57,881 nucleotides of DNA from Ginglymostoma cirratum. Taxonomy: Eukaryota. A program made the position numbers and the translations under genes. The stretch is from positions 19,115,760 through 19,173,640 of the forward strand of contig JAHRHZ010000002.1 of the NCBI GenBank assembly GCA_024137785.1, written 5' to 3'. Position 1 is the stretch's first letter. Each line of letters starts with the position of its first letter. Positions 1-11,300 of this stretch are shown here, piece after piece. The notes beneath the pieces were generated by a model. That model was not told the DNA's origin and did not search any database. It saw only the letters and a list, made by a program, of their open reading frames with translations.

Positions 1-146
1 ATTAATACACAAATTGTAATGTTTAAAACTTCAAATCCAAATATTCAAAAGATGATTAATGCATTTATGAAATGTTAAACTATACAAAAAATTTTAAATC
101 CCTATACAAGATATACATGGGACAGCACCATGCTATATGTACACAA

Positions 147-478
147 GGTGGCACAGTGGCTCAGTGGTTAGCACTGCTGCCTCACAGCACCAGGGACTTG
201 AGTTTGATTTGAACCTCAGGCAACTGTCTGTCAGAGGTTTACACATTCTCCATGTGTCAGCCTCCCTCTGGGTGCTTCAGTTTCCTCCCACAGTCCAAAG
301 ATGTGCAGATTAGGTGGATTGACCATGCTAAATTGCCCATACTGTCCAAAAATGCGCAGGCTAGTTGGATTAGCCGTGGAAATTGCAGGGGAAGGGAATG
401 GGTCTCGGTGTGATTTTTGGAAGGTTGGTGTGGACTCGATGGGCTGAATGGCCAGCTTCCACACTGAGGGACTCTACG
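147..478 (+). mobile_element. HE1-like tRNA-derived shark SINE
   Basis: ggtggcacagtggctcagtggttagcactgctgcctcacagc head, central domain, tail ...acactgagggactcta. Confidence 0.85.
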
Positions 479-1418
479 AAATTCATAGACAAGTCACTGA
501 ACTACACAAAACCTCAAGATCTGCATACCATATCCACCTTTTCTCCTTCTGCTGGGTTTGTTTGTTTTGTGTAGAGTTATTTGATTCTATTTAATTTTGA
601 GACTTTATGTGCACATACATGATTTCTTTACTACAATTTTGCTTTCACACTTTGATTTTGTGTTTCATGGTTTGAATGTTTTTTCTTTAATTTTTTTGCA
701 CTTCACACTTTCTTTTGTGAATGAGGGTTATGGTTTTATACTGAAATGGGTTTCTGCATTATGCCTGAGTCTGTGATGGCCTAGAGAAGGTGGATTTGAT
801 CTGTGTGTTTATTGTGGGTGTGATGTAAAGTGTAAGGTGATTTTACTTTTTCTGTCAGTGAGGATTTTTTGCTATCGAGTTTAGTTTTTGTTCTTATACA
901 TTTAGTGTAATGTAATTAATTGTGTAATGTAATAGTTTAATGCATGTGCTCCTTTTTTATTTAAAGGCATTGATAATTGTTGAGAGGTAGGACTGGCTCA
1001 TGAATTCAATAAAATACTTGCAAAAATACTCATTTATTAAAAGCAGGTTTCAATGCCTATACATACAGAGAAATCCCCACTTACACTAGAAGAAGCTAAT
1101 TATCTTATATGTTGAGATTTACTTTTGTCTGGATCAAGATTTATGTATGTGATTTCAGGTTTGGCTTGTAAAGGTGATATGCATGGCACCAATCAGGAGT
1201 ATGATGGACTACTTTTCAATTGCCTGACAGAGTGCAACTCTAAAAGCTTTCAAGCAACTTGACACCATTCAGGACAAAGCAGCTACTTGGCTGGCACAAT
1301 TTTCAATATTCATTCCATTTCCCACCTCCCAGTGGTAGCAATGCACGCTATCTTCAGGCTGCACTGCAGCAATGCATCAAGATAATACCACAGTATTTTC
1401 AAAAACCATGCTGTCTAG

Positions 1419-2091
1419 TGCGATGGTGCTGTCACTTTAAGAGGTTATTTTGTTCATTTTTTAAAGAGAGGTTTTAAGATAGAGGTACTGAGCTGTCTAC
1501 TTGAAGAGCCAGTAAAGTATACAGCTTGTGAGGCCTTGGAGTTTTTTTTAAAAGTTGAAACAATAGAAGCAGTTTGGATGGGTGTGGCCAGATCTCACAG
1601 ACCAGGCTTTCTAGCTATTGTTTTAGTTTTCAGGTTAGCTTTAAGCAGTTGTTGGTGGAATCTCAACAGGGCAGAAGCTGCTGGAGTTTTGAAGAAGTAG
1701 AAGCCATCTTTTCCCTCCTTTGGTTACAGCTCGAAGCCGGGGCTTCTCTCTGCTGCTGGGTCACTTGTGAGACAAATCTATTTGCTGAATTTCTCTTTTT
1801 GCCAAGGGATGTGTTTATGGGATGTTACTATGTTGGAACAGTTAACCAGTAATAGTTACTGTAGTCTATTATTTTCCAGTAGAATTATGTTATTCTAAGT
1901 TCTTCTATCTTTTGTTGTATTTTAACTATAGTGTTTGAATAAATGGGGTTGTGCTTAATGTTGAGTAGTATGACCAGTCGAATTGCATTAGGAACACAGC
2001 ATGTTACTTCTGTCTTGAAAATGAGAAAAAAAGTTAGTGTCTAGGCTATCTTCTTAAAATATTTTGAGGTGATCTGGTCTGGTCCATAACA
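1419..2091. mobile_element. Solo LTR
   Basis: TG...CA termini with flanks ctag/caag; interrupts an older repeat; same family recurs inverted from 57577. Confidence 0.65.
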
Positions 2092-2489
2092 CAAGCATCC
2101 AGATAGACAATAGCAATGGGAATAGAAGAGAACCACAACCAGGAATTTCCCTTCTTGCTATCCTGACTTTAAACTGTATTGCCATTCTTTTATTGTCAAT
2201 GAAACTCACTTTCTATCTGCACTGTGGACCACAGCAGGACCACAATCATTTGAAAAAGCAGCTGTTGAAGGGCAATCTGGAATGGGTAATAAACGTTGGC
2301 TTTGCCAGTGATACCCATGTGCAAAAAAAAATTTCTGTGTGCCTATTACTTTGATTTTGTTTTCTATATATATAAATGACACAAACATTTGTACCGTACA
2401 GATTAAAAAAAAGTGAAACCATCCTATGGCTAGAAAATTTATACCTTTTTTATATAAATGAGAACCAGCTCCTCTCACACATTTTCATG

Positions 2490-2830
2490 GAATCCTAAAA
2501 TCCCTACAGTGTCGAAGGAGGCCATTTGGCCCATCGAGTCAACACTGACCTTCCGAAGAACATCCCACCTAGACCCCCCTATTCCCTAAACCCTGCATTT
2601 CCCATGGCTAATCCACCGAGCCTGCATACTGTGTGCAATTTAGCATGGCCAATTCACCTAATCTGCACATCGTTGGACTGTGGGAGGAAACCGGAGCTCC
2701 CGGATGAAATCCATGCATACACAGGGAGAATGTACAACTTGCATATAAGCAGTGGCCTGAGGATGGAATCAAACCCGCGTCCCTGACGCTGTGAGGCAGC
2801 AGTGCTAATCACTGAGCCACCGTGCCTGCC
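2490..2830 (-). mobile_element. HE1-like SINE
   Basis: reverse complement of the 147-478 family. Confidence 0.85.
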
Positions 2831-3743
2831 ATTTTATGCAAAAATATTTAACTTTCCGTACATACAATACCTCTCCTTATTCTGAAAAAAAAATCATTAT
2901 TAGCTGGAAACACGTATTTCAATTTTCATATAACCTTACATTTATAGTGAGGTCAGATTTGCAGGGATGTAATCATCCCTCCTTATGAAAAAGGTTACTG
3001 TCTCAAATATCAAAAATCAGACCCATTATATGTTTAAAATCCAAATTAGATTTAATATATCCCTTAGCCTCTAGATTCTCCTCACATACAATTTACGCAA
3101 CACCTCGAGCAGAGTGAAATTGAAAGTCTATCAAATATTAGAGACATTAGAACAGTAAGTTCCTTTTTTTTCTGTTTGTAAGTACCCTTTCAGAAGAGAG
3201 GTTGAAGGAGAGAGTTGCAGAGCTAATGGCCGAGGCAGTTGAAGGCATGATTGCTCAATAGTGAAGCACATCCTGTTAAAGATTACCAAATGACAAGAAT
3301 TAGATATACGCTGGAGACCTGTATGATATGTAGGATTGGAGGAGAATACGGAAGTAGGAAGCAATCGGTCCTCGGAAAGATTGAAAACAAAGGATTTTAA
3401 ACTAGACCGGATGTCAACGTAGGCCAACATTAACAATCCACGTAACACAATAAGCCATAACCAATAAGGTGCAAATTCTCTTTTAAATATCATGATTCGA
3501 AGTACAATAGAACTTAATGACCAAGTCAAACTCTAGTTCCATCTTCCGCCTCTCTTCATGGAAAGAGGTCATTTATTAGTTACAAAATATTGTTCTACTT
3601 TAAGGAACAAAATAAAACCCATCAAGCCACGAAATTAAATCAAGGCAAAGGTAATTCACAACGGTAAAGGAAATCGTTTTCGTGATGGCCGTAAGTTAAC
3701 AGCGGTTCCACATGTTATAGAAAATATCAGCAACAGGATGTGG

Positions 3744-3918
3744 GATAACAAGGTGTAGAGCTGGATGAACACAGCAGGCCAAGCAGCATCAGAGGAGCAG
3801 GAAGGCTGACGTTTCGGGCCTAGACCCTTCTTCAGAAGTGCTGCTTGTCCTGCTGTGTTCATCCAGCTCTACACCTTGTTGTCTCAGACTCTCCAGCATC
3901 TGCAGTTCCTACTATCTC
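3744..3918. mobile_element. Short Penelope-type inverted-repeat element, family A, with hammerhead motif (3808-3835, minus strand)
   Basis: arms gataacaaggtgtagagctggatgaacacagcagg / cctgctgtgttcatccagctctacaccttgttgtc; 13-bp TSD gcaacaggatgtg at 3730-3742 and 3920-3932. Confidence 0.8.
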
Positions 3919-4799
3919 TGCAACAGGATGTGACCTTGTTTTGCTGAACTGGGCTGGTGATAAAAGTCGTCTTGACATAGAAAAACTCTCTCTGCCTTTT
4001 GATGAAAGTATTACATCCTCTTTTGTAGCGGTATAGATGAAGATTTCACTTCCTAAGAGACCACATAGAAGTCCTTTACTTCAAACTATAAACACACCAC
4101 TTTCTGTAAAATTGCACGTTCTGAAACTGGACAGTCCTTGTTAAAATGTCCCCCGATATAAATACCTGCTGTCATTGGCACAGTTCCACCGTGAGCACTG
4201 AGTTACTTAGCCATCGAGAGCTGAGTGCTATCTTGCGCACAATGACTTCGGGAAACAGCGGGCCGGCCGGCTGAGAGCGTTGCAACTTTCCTGCCAGTTA
4301 ACAGTCAAAGAAACAACTTTCCTTTAATCTCTACTCTGCAGATATGGAGATGGAGAGAAACATAAGCCCTCTGGCACTGGCTTTCGTCTTCTTTGAAGTA
4401 TGCGTGTCGTAAATATTTATTTTTGCTCGTTTATTCGGTGTAGGTATCACTTGGCACGCCAGCATTTATTGCCCAGTTGGAATCGCCCTTCAGAGGGTGG
4501 GAACGAGCTACCTTCTTGAACCTAATTGGGCCTGATATGTGGCAGGATGCTTCCTCCAGAGGCGGGAGGTTTGGTTGGGGGTGGGTGGGTGAGGGGGGAG
4601 GTGGGTGGGTGGGGAGGGGGGGAGTTTGTGGGAGTTGAGGGAGGGGTATAGGGGTGGGTAGGTAGGAGGAGACCAGAGCTCAGGTATACCGTTTAAGAAA
4701 ACAAGACATCTCGCTCTTTATATAGAGATGGGGAGAGTTAATTCTATTTTAGGGAGATGTTAGTCTGTGGGATTCGTCGGAGGGGAGTGCAAACTTTCT

Positions 4800-5540
4800 T
4801 GGAACATAGAACTGCGCAGCACAGGAATGGGTTCTTACCCCCACGTTGTTATGTCGAACATGAGCCCAAATTAAATTAATCCATTTTGCCTACCTTTGGT
4901 CCATGTTCCTCCATTCCTTGCGTACTCATGTGCTTATTCAAAAGTCCCTTAAACGCCATTATCGTACCTGCCTCCACGACCACCCGTGACAGCGCGTTGT
5001 AGACACCTATCTTAGTTTGTGGTAGACGTTTTTCAAGGCAGAATTAGATAGATTTGTGATACACAAGGCAGACCAGGGCTTCGTGTGGAAAGCAAGTGAA
5101 GTGGGGGAGGAGGTAGACAAAAGGAAAATCCGGGTGAGATCACAACCAGACCAACCCTGAAGGGCGAGCAGCTTTGAAGTGGCCGAATAGCCGACTTCTG
5201 CTTTTTAAATGGAAATCGGACGCAAAGGAATCAGCTTCGCCTCAGTAACAGAAAAACAAGTTATTAGTTAAAGGGTCAATGACAAGGCGGCATAATTTTA
5301 AGGGGAAGGGCAGGAGGTTGACAGCAGATTTGACGATTTTTTTTGGGTGGCTCGAATTTAGAATGACCTGCCTGGGAGGGTCATAGAGGCCTCACAGTCT
5401 TTAATAAGATGCTCAGATGAGCGCTTGAAATGTCATAACATTCGAGACCTTGGGCCACATGCTGGGTGTTGAGAATAGTTTCCATTGGTCAGAGCCGACT
5501 CGATGGGCCGAAGGGCGTCTTCGGCGTTATATGATGCTTT
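4800..5540. mobile_element. Mosaic of CR1 3'-tail fragments in both orientations
   Basis: aacatagaac...cacaggaatggg tail and gggcataattttaag...gatgggccgaagggc tail. Confidence 0.6.
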
Positions 5541-6714
5541 AGTCCCGCCTCCTTACGAATAATCCGATTATATTCACTCAGATAACTTTTCTTTCTCCAC
5601 ATATTTATTTGAAACAAATTATTTTGTGGAAATTGATGCCATTTTCCTGTTTGTCTTGTAGGATTGCTGGCTTCAAATATGAAAACAAAAGCTTATGAGG
5701 ATTAATATTCTTTCCCTGGGCGACGTCATAAGCCAGTTTGAGAAAATGCATTTTTTGCAAGTAACTTTTGTTTTCTTTAGCGAAAGTAGGCACATTCTAA
5801 AAGTAATAGTTTTGAAATCTGCCGATGTCCACCTACAAAATCCTGAAAAATCAAAAATACCGGAAAGAATTCTTACATTACCTGCCGGTAGAATATTAAC
5901 TGAAGCGATTCTCTGCATTGTTGCTGCAGACAAATCGCAGTGTTTTCCCTCTCTCTCTTATCCTCTCTTTCCCCTCTAACATCTCCTTTCTCCATTCGCC
6001 CTCCCCCTCCCATTGTTTTTCCATCTCCTTCTTCCCCCTTACTCCCCGACCACTTCACCTCCCTCTTCCTCCACACCCTAACTACAATGCTTCACAGCCA
6101 AAATTCTGTGGTCTTAACGCTGTTCAAACGTTTCGATTTAAACGGGGACCAGACCAGAATTTAGCTTGAGGATTTGCTAATTTGACCAAAAGTCTCCCAA
6201 AGGCCCCTGTTTGTTTCGTTTTGGCGCATTGCCAGCATCTATAAAGGGGTGACTGTGAAGCTGATAAACAGGATGTTCACCCCCTCGAAACTAAGTAACA
6301 TCTCACATAGCCCTGCAGTTGACCGCACGAGGTGGCATTTTAAAAGGTAATTATAGACAAATTAAGAATTTGCATTTCTCTCACCCGCAACTATGAGTGG
6401 GCTTCTAAGCAAGTCTCCAAACCATTGGACTACTCTTGAGGCAAACCTCGTATGCATTTTGAAATATTCCTGCTGCAAGCAATTGCTGTGTATCTGATCA
6501 GCTCAGTAACACTTCTTGGGAAGCTGGTTCAAGAGCAGCAGGAAAACATAACACAACCTGGGAGTTCCCAAAGTGAACAGTCTGTATAAATTCATCAGTC
6601 TGTCTAAGTTCATCCATGACACCATGGACAGTAGATTCCGAACCGGTGGAATGTAGCAAATGTGCACTGAGTTATAGAGTGTCAATGATTCTTCCATCCA
6701 TCTCATCCTTGCCG

Positions 6715-7070
6715 AACAGGAATCCTAAATAAATCTAGACCAACTTACCAGTATTTAGCCCACATCCATTTAAACCCGTCCTATCCATGAACCTATCCAG
6801 ATGCTTTTTAAAATTATATAATTGTACCAGCCTCCACTACCTCCTCTGGCAGCTCATTCCATACACGCATCACCCTTAGCGTGAAAATGTTGCCCTTCGG
6901 GTCCCTTTCAAATCTTTACCCTCTCGCCTTAAACCTACGCCCTTCAATTTTGCACTCCCCTACCCTGGAAAAAAATACCTTAGCCATTTACCCTATCTGC
7001 GCACTTCATGATTTTATTAACATCTCTAAGGTTGTCCTTCCAACTCCGACACTCCAGGGAAAACAGCCTC
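6715..7070 (-). mobile_element. CR1-type LINE 3' fragment
   Basis: nucleotide similarity to 13591-13920. Confidence 0.75.
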
Positions 7071-7999
7071 ACAAGATAGAACCCAGACAGAAGATTAGGC
7101 CGGCAGCCTGACATCCGCCATTGCTGGAATCCATGGTTAAGTAAGTAATAACTATAAGTCTTCTGGAAATTTATACAGACTGCTCACTTTGGTACACTCA
7201 CGTTGTGTTATGGTTTCTTGTTGCTCTTGAACCAGCTTCCCAAGAACCTGATCAGATACATGTCAATTGTTTGCAGCAGCTGTATTTCAAGATATATTTA
7301 GGAAATTGTTTGATGGGAGGGGAATTGCGTTTAACAAATTCATTCCGTACTTTTAAGCATGTAACTAACACGGTAGATAAAGTAGGATCGGGGAATGTAG
7401 CAGTTTTAGGTTATCAGGAGGTAGTAACGAGTGGACAGCTCCAAGGACCATTGCTACAACAGCAGCTATCCGCAGTCAATGTTAGCCACGCAGACGAAGG
7501 GACGGGGAGTTACTTTAGCTAAGAGGTGGCATACACTGTTAGGCAGTGAGTTGAGACAGCGCGCAGAATCACGCTGAGATTCAGTGACAGATTGAGTGGA
7601 CGAGAAGGCAACAGAGATGGCGATAGAGACAAGCCTTCTCTCTGAGGGGGTAGAGTTTTCTTACGCGGGAGGTAGCAGTGGTCGGATCTTCAAAATGCAT
7701 TCTAGGCTGACTTAGACAACTTTTTTTTGACGGGTGAGGGAGTTTAGGGTTGTGGAGGCGTAGGCAGGAAAGCGAAGTTGAGATCACAACAAAAGCAAGC
7801 GTGATCTGACTGAATGCTGGAACAGACTCGAGGGGCCGAACGGCTTACTTGTGCTCCCCAGGCTTGCATTCCTGTGCGGTGAGCTGCAACACCAGAATAC
7901 AAGGCCACATAGGCGCAGCAGATTCGACAAAACAGTCTCTTTCAACACAATGTGCTGACGCCAACTTTGACCTGGTTAGACAATGTCAAAACTCATTCG

Positions 8000-8261
8000 C
8001 CGGAACCGAAATTCCACTGCGAGGAAGCAGAGTTAGGAAAATAAAAAGCAGAAGACCAGTAACATTTTCAACCTTGCAACCCAAAGCCTTGTGTGAGCTG
8101 GATGGTTTTACTTCCGCCCTCGCTTCCGGACGTCCTAAACTGGGAGCGAGTCCAAGCTGCCTAATACGGTGTTTTTCCGTGCTCAGACCAGGCAAATACA
8201 CTGCAGTCGGTAACCTGCCTTTACCGTCAACACAGCAGACCTCGGCAGTGAGGAAGTGGCC
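8000..8261 (+). promoter_or_regulatory. Putative gene A promoter with clustered ETS motifs
   Basis: gaggaagc, acttccgcc, gcttccgg and gaggaagtg (8250-8258) immediately upstream of the leader ATG. Confidence 0.4.
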
Positions 8262-8316
8262 ATGAATTTGTGTTCTATCGCTGCCTTGGCCCTAATGTCT
8301 TTCCTCTTGACCGCAG
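8262..8316 (+). CDS. Gene A exon 1, signal peptide [18 protein letters not shown](G)
   Basis: Kozak-like gtggccATG, hydrophobic leader, phase-1 donor CAG|gtaaga; joins to GVHS, an Ig-type leader ending, at the start of the V exon. Confidence 0.88.
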
Positions 8317-11300
8317 GTAAGATTTTGTAAAGTACCTGTGCATTGCTGCGGAGGAGTGGGAAGTTAATGGCAAGGGTGGGAGTGTGGCGTTGGTGAGAAA
8401 TGATAGGGACAGAGGTACTGTTACACGATTTACTGAGTTCCAAACTCCCGGAGCCTGTGCTTTAGGGTCTCCAATCGTTTCGGGAACACTCGGAACCATC
8501 AGAGTTAACGTCTGGAGTCCGGTAACCCTTCACTCAGAACTGCTTATTTTTTTAGAGAAGAACAGTTGGACAGACAAAGGATTTGATAACCATCTGGCTA
8601 GGAGGGCGAACAGCTTTTAATAGTGGCGAACAATAGGTAGTGTGTAATGGCAGGCTATATGATAACGAGGCCTGGTGTATGGGGTAGGGGGCTAGGACAT
8701 GGGAGAGCTCAGGCCCTAAAAATATTGAACTCCGCATTGAGTCTGGAGGGCTGCCGGGTCCCCAAGCAGAAAATGAGGTGTTATTCTTCCAGCTTGCGTT
8801 GGGCTTTCCTGGAACACTGCAGAAAACCAGAGAGAGATGTTGGCCAGGGAACAGGATGGTGTGTTAAAGTGACAAACAACTGGAAGCTCAGTGTCTTTGT
8901 TGCCAGCAGAACATAGATGTTCTGCGAAACGGTCACCCAGTCTACAGCTTCCTTCCCCCAGAGTAGAGGAGTCCACATTGTGAGCAGTGAATAGATTGTG
9001 GAAAGTGCAGGTAAAGTGCTGCTTCACCTGGAAGGTATGTTTAGGCTCTTGGATAGTGGGGAGGGAGGAGGTAAACGGGCAAGCGTTATATCTTTTGCGG
9101 TTGTTGGGGAAAGTGTAGTGGGGGCTGTCGGGGTGAGGTGTTGGGAGTGAAGGAAGAGTGGACCAGGGTGTCCCGGAGGGAAACGTCCTTGTGGAAGGCG
9201 GACAAGAGTGTGGAAGGGAATATATGTCTGGTGGTGGTATCTCACCGTAGGTGTGGAAATGGCGGCTGATGATCTTCTGGATGTGGATGCTCGTGCTGTT
9301 CCTAGGAAGGGTCAGTGGGCCCGAAATGTTAATTCTGACTGTTTTCTTCACAGTTGCTGCCAGACCTGCTGAGCTTTTCCAGCAACATATGTTTTTGTTC
9401 CTTATTTACAGCATCCGCAGTTCTTTCGGTTTTTATCACCAATGGCACTAGCCCGGCATATTGGCAGGGGTTTGTGGGAGTTGGATCTGGTGATGCTCGT
9501 CATGGCCAACACCAAGATCCCCCTTGTCAGGTGTGAGAGCTGTGGCCCTCATATTTCCAGGTCCAGGACCCTCCACCACCAGTCCTCTCCCACCCCTATC
9601 CTCTAAACTAAAGCTCCGTTCAAACTCTGACTCCCTCATTAACCTCAAGAAAACCAACAGCGTGTAACGCCTAACAGGAGGAACAGACGGTGTTCCAGGC
9701 AGAGAGAAAAGGGCTGAGGCGTGGGGAAGGGGGTGTGGGAAGAAGGGGAGGTGTTAGTGAAACATTCCCCTTTCGAATCGAGAAAGGGAGTTAAGGCATG
9801 GATAAAGGAGGAGGCGTGTTCAGTAACCCAAATCTAACCTTGAGCTAACTCAAGAGGGGTGAATGGTGTGAGGGTGGGGGTTAGGTGGGTGGGGGGAGCG
9901 TGAGGTGTGTTCAGTGGGTGCTCCAAGCACGAATAAGCGAGCGATGGCTGAAGCAACGTTTTATTCCTGATAGGAGTTCACTCAAATAAAGGAGCCGTGG
10001 TGCAGTCGCCTCTTTCAGCGGATCTGGTAGAAGGCGAGGCCGTGACTCTGGAGTGCAACATTGATAGCCCCGGACCCAAAACTTACAAATGGCTGAAAAA
10101 TGATCTTCCAATACCTCAAGCCATCCCAATGTACGCCGAGAGAGTAACTGGAAATTCACCAACGTCTGATAATCCATTGTTGATTAATTTGCGGATCAGG
10201 AACCTCACAGAATGCGATTCTGGGACATATTATTGTGTCATGGAGAAACTCGGCAACCAGTTTAAGGGCGGAGGGACGAAACTTGGAGTCAGGCGTAAGA
10301 GATTTCTGCAACTTTGTGTGTATGTGTGTGTGTTACTACATATCGGCGTGCGTGTACGTCTGGATATGTCTGAGTGTGTGTGTGTGCGCGCAGATATCTG
10401 TGTGAATGCAGGAGAGAGTTTAACCTTTTGTATCTCTCTGTGTGAGACTGTCCACACGCGGGTGAATTGTCTCGTGAGTGCGTGCCTGTGAAGGTATATC
10501 TGTGATACATGTTGGTCCTCAGACTGACATACATACGCCTCAGTGGCTCAGTATCCCTTGGAGAATGGGAGTCCGACCATGGGGGAGTGTGTATTTGAGT
10601 GCATATACATGATATTGTACGTCTCTGTGTGAATGTCCATGCATACATGCGTCTGGTGTGCCTCTGCGAGTATGTATTCGTGACTTTTGTGATTACGTCT
10701 TTTGCAGCCTGTGAGAACAGGCTTGTGAGAGTATGTTTGTGTGTCCCTGTGACTGCGTGTACGTCCGCGACTGTTGCAGAAAATCGGCGTCAATACATTA
10801 AGAAAGTCCATTGCTGAGATCCCCGTCGTTGAATGTGAAACAGCAAGTACTCAGAGAGAATTGGCATCCATTTGCTGAGGAACCGACCCTTGTCAAACTT
10901 TTGTTCCCGTTACCATTTTAGGTGTTTCACAAGAAAAGCACTGCCCCCCCAATATCGTACATATCGCAGCGGCTGCAGCAGTGGTATTGGTTCTTTGCAC
11001 TGCACTGACCGTAGTGTCTGTACTACTCAGGCAACGAAGTAAAGGTACTTCATTTGTTCAATCTATTGTTCATACTGCGGCGGACACCGTCTTACCGAAA
11101 CTTTAAACACACGCCTTTCAACCTGTAGGGTCCTCATTATTTCCAGCCGAAATTTTCTGCTTTTCAGCTCATCTTATTTCCCCGGATTTCAAAACTAATG
11201 CGTTCCACCTCATTTAGCCTCCTGTTCTTTGTGAAGTTCTCCTGTCAATTTATAATTGCGGCTGTGCTATTTACCCCGCGCTCCCTCTCCTGCGCACATC

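Noticed and set aside
3744-3918. CRISPR-like or DNA-transposon MITE interpretation of the palindromic repeats
   Set aside because: Eukaryotic context and no repeat-spacer periodicity; asymmetric arms, long TSDs and hammerhead cores fit Penelope-type retroelements.
9974-10294. Rearranging TCR, Ig or IgNAR V segment
   Set aside because: The J-like strand is already in the exon, no heptamer-spacer-nonamer follows, and the exon splices straight to a TM exon with no C domain.
10295-10817. ORF extensions and overlapping ORFs after the gene A V exon
   Set aside because: Intronic GT-rich low-complexity sequence.
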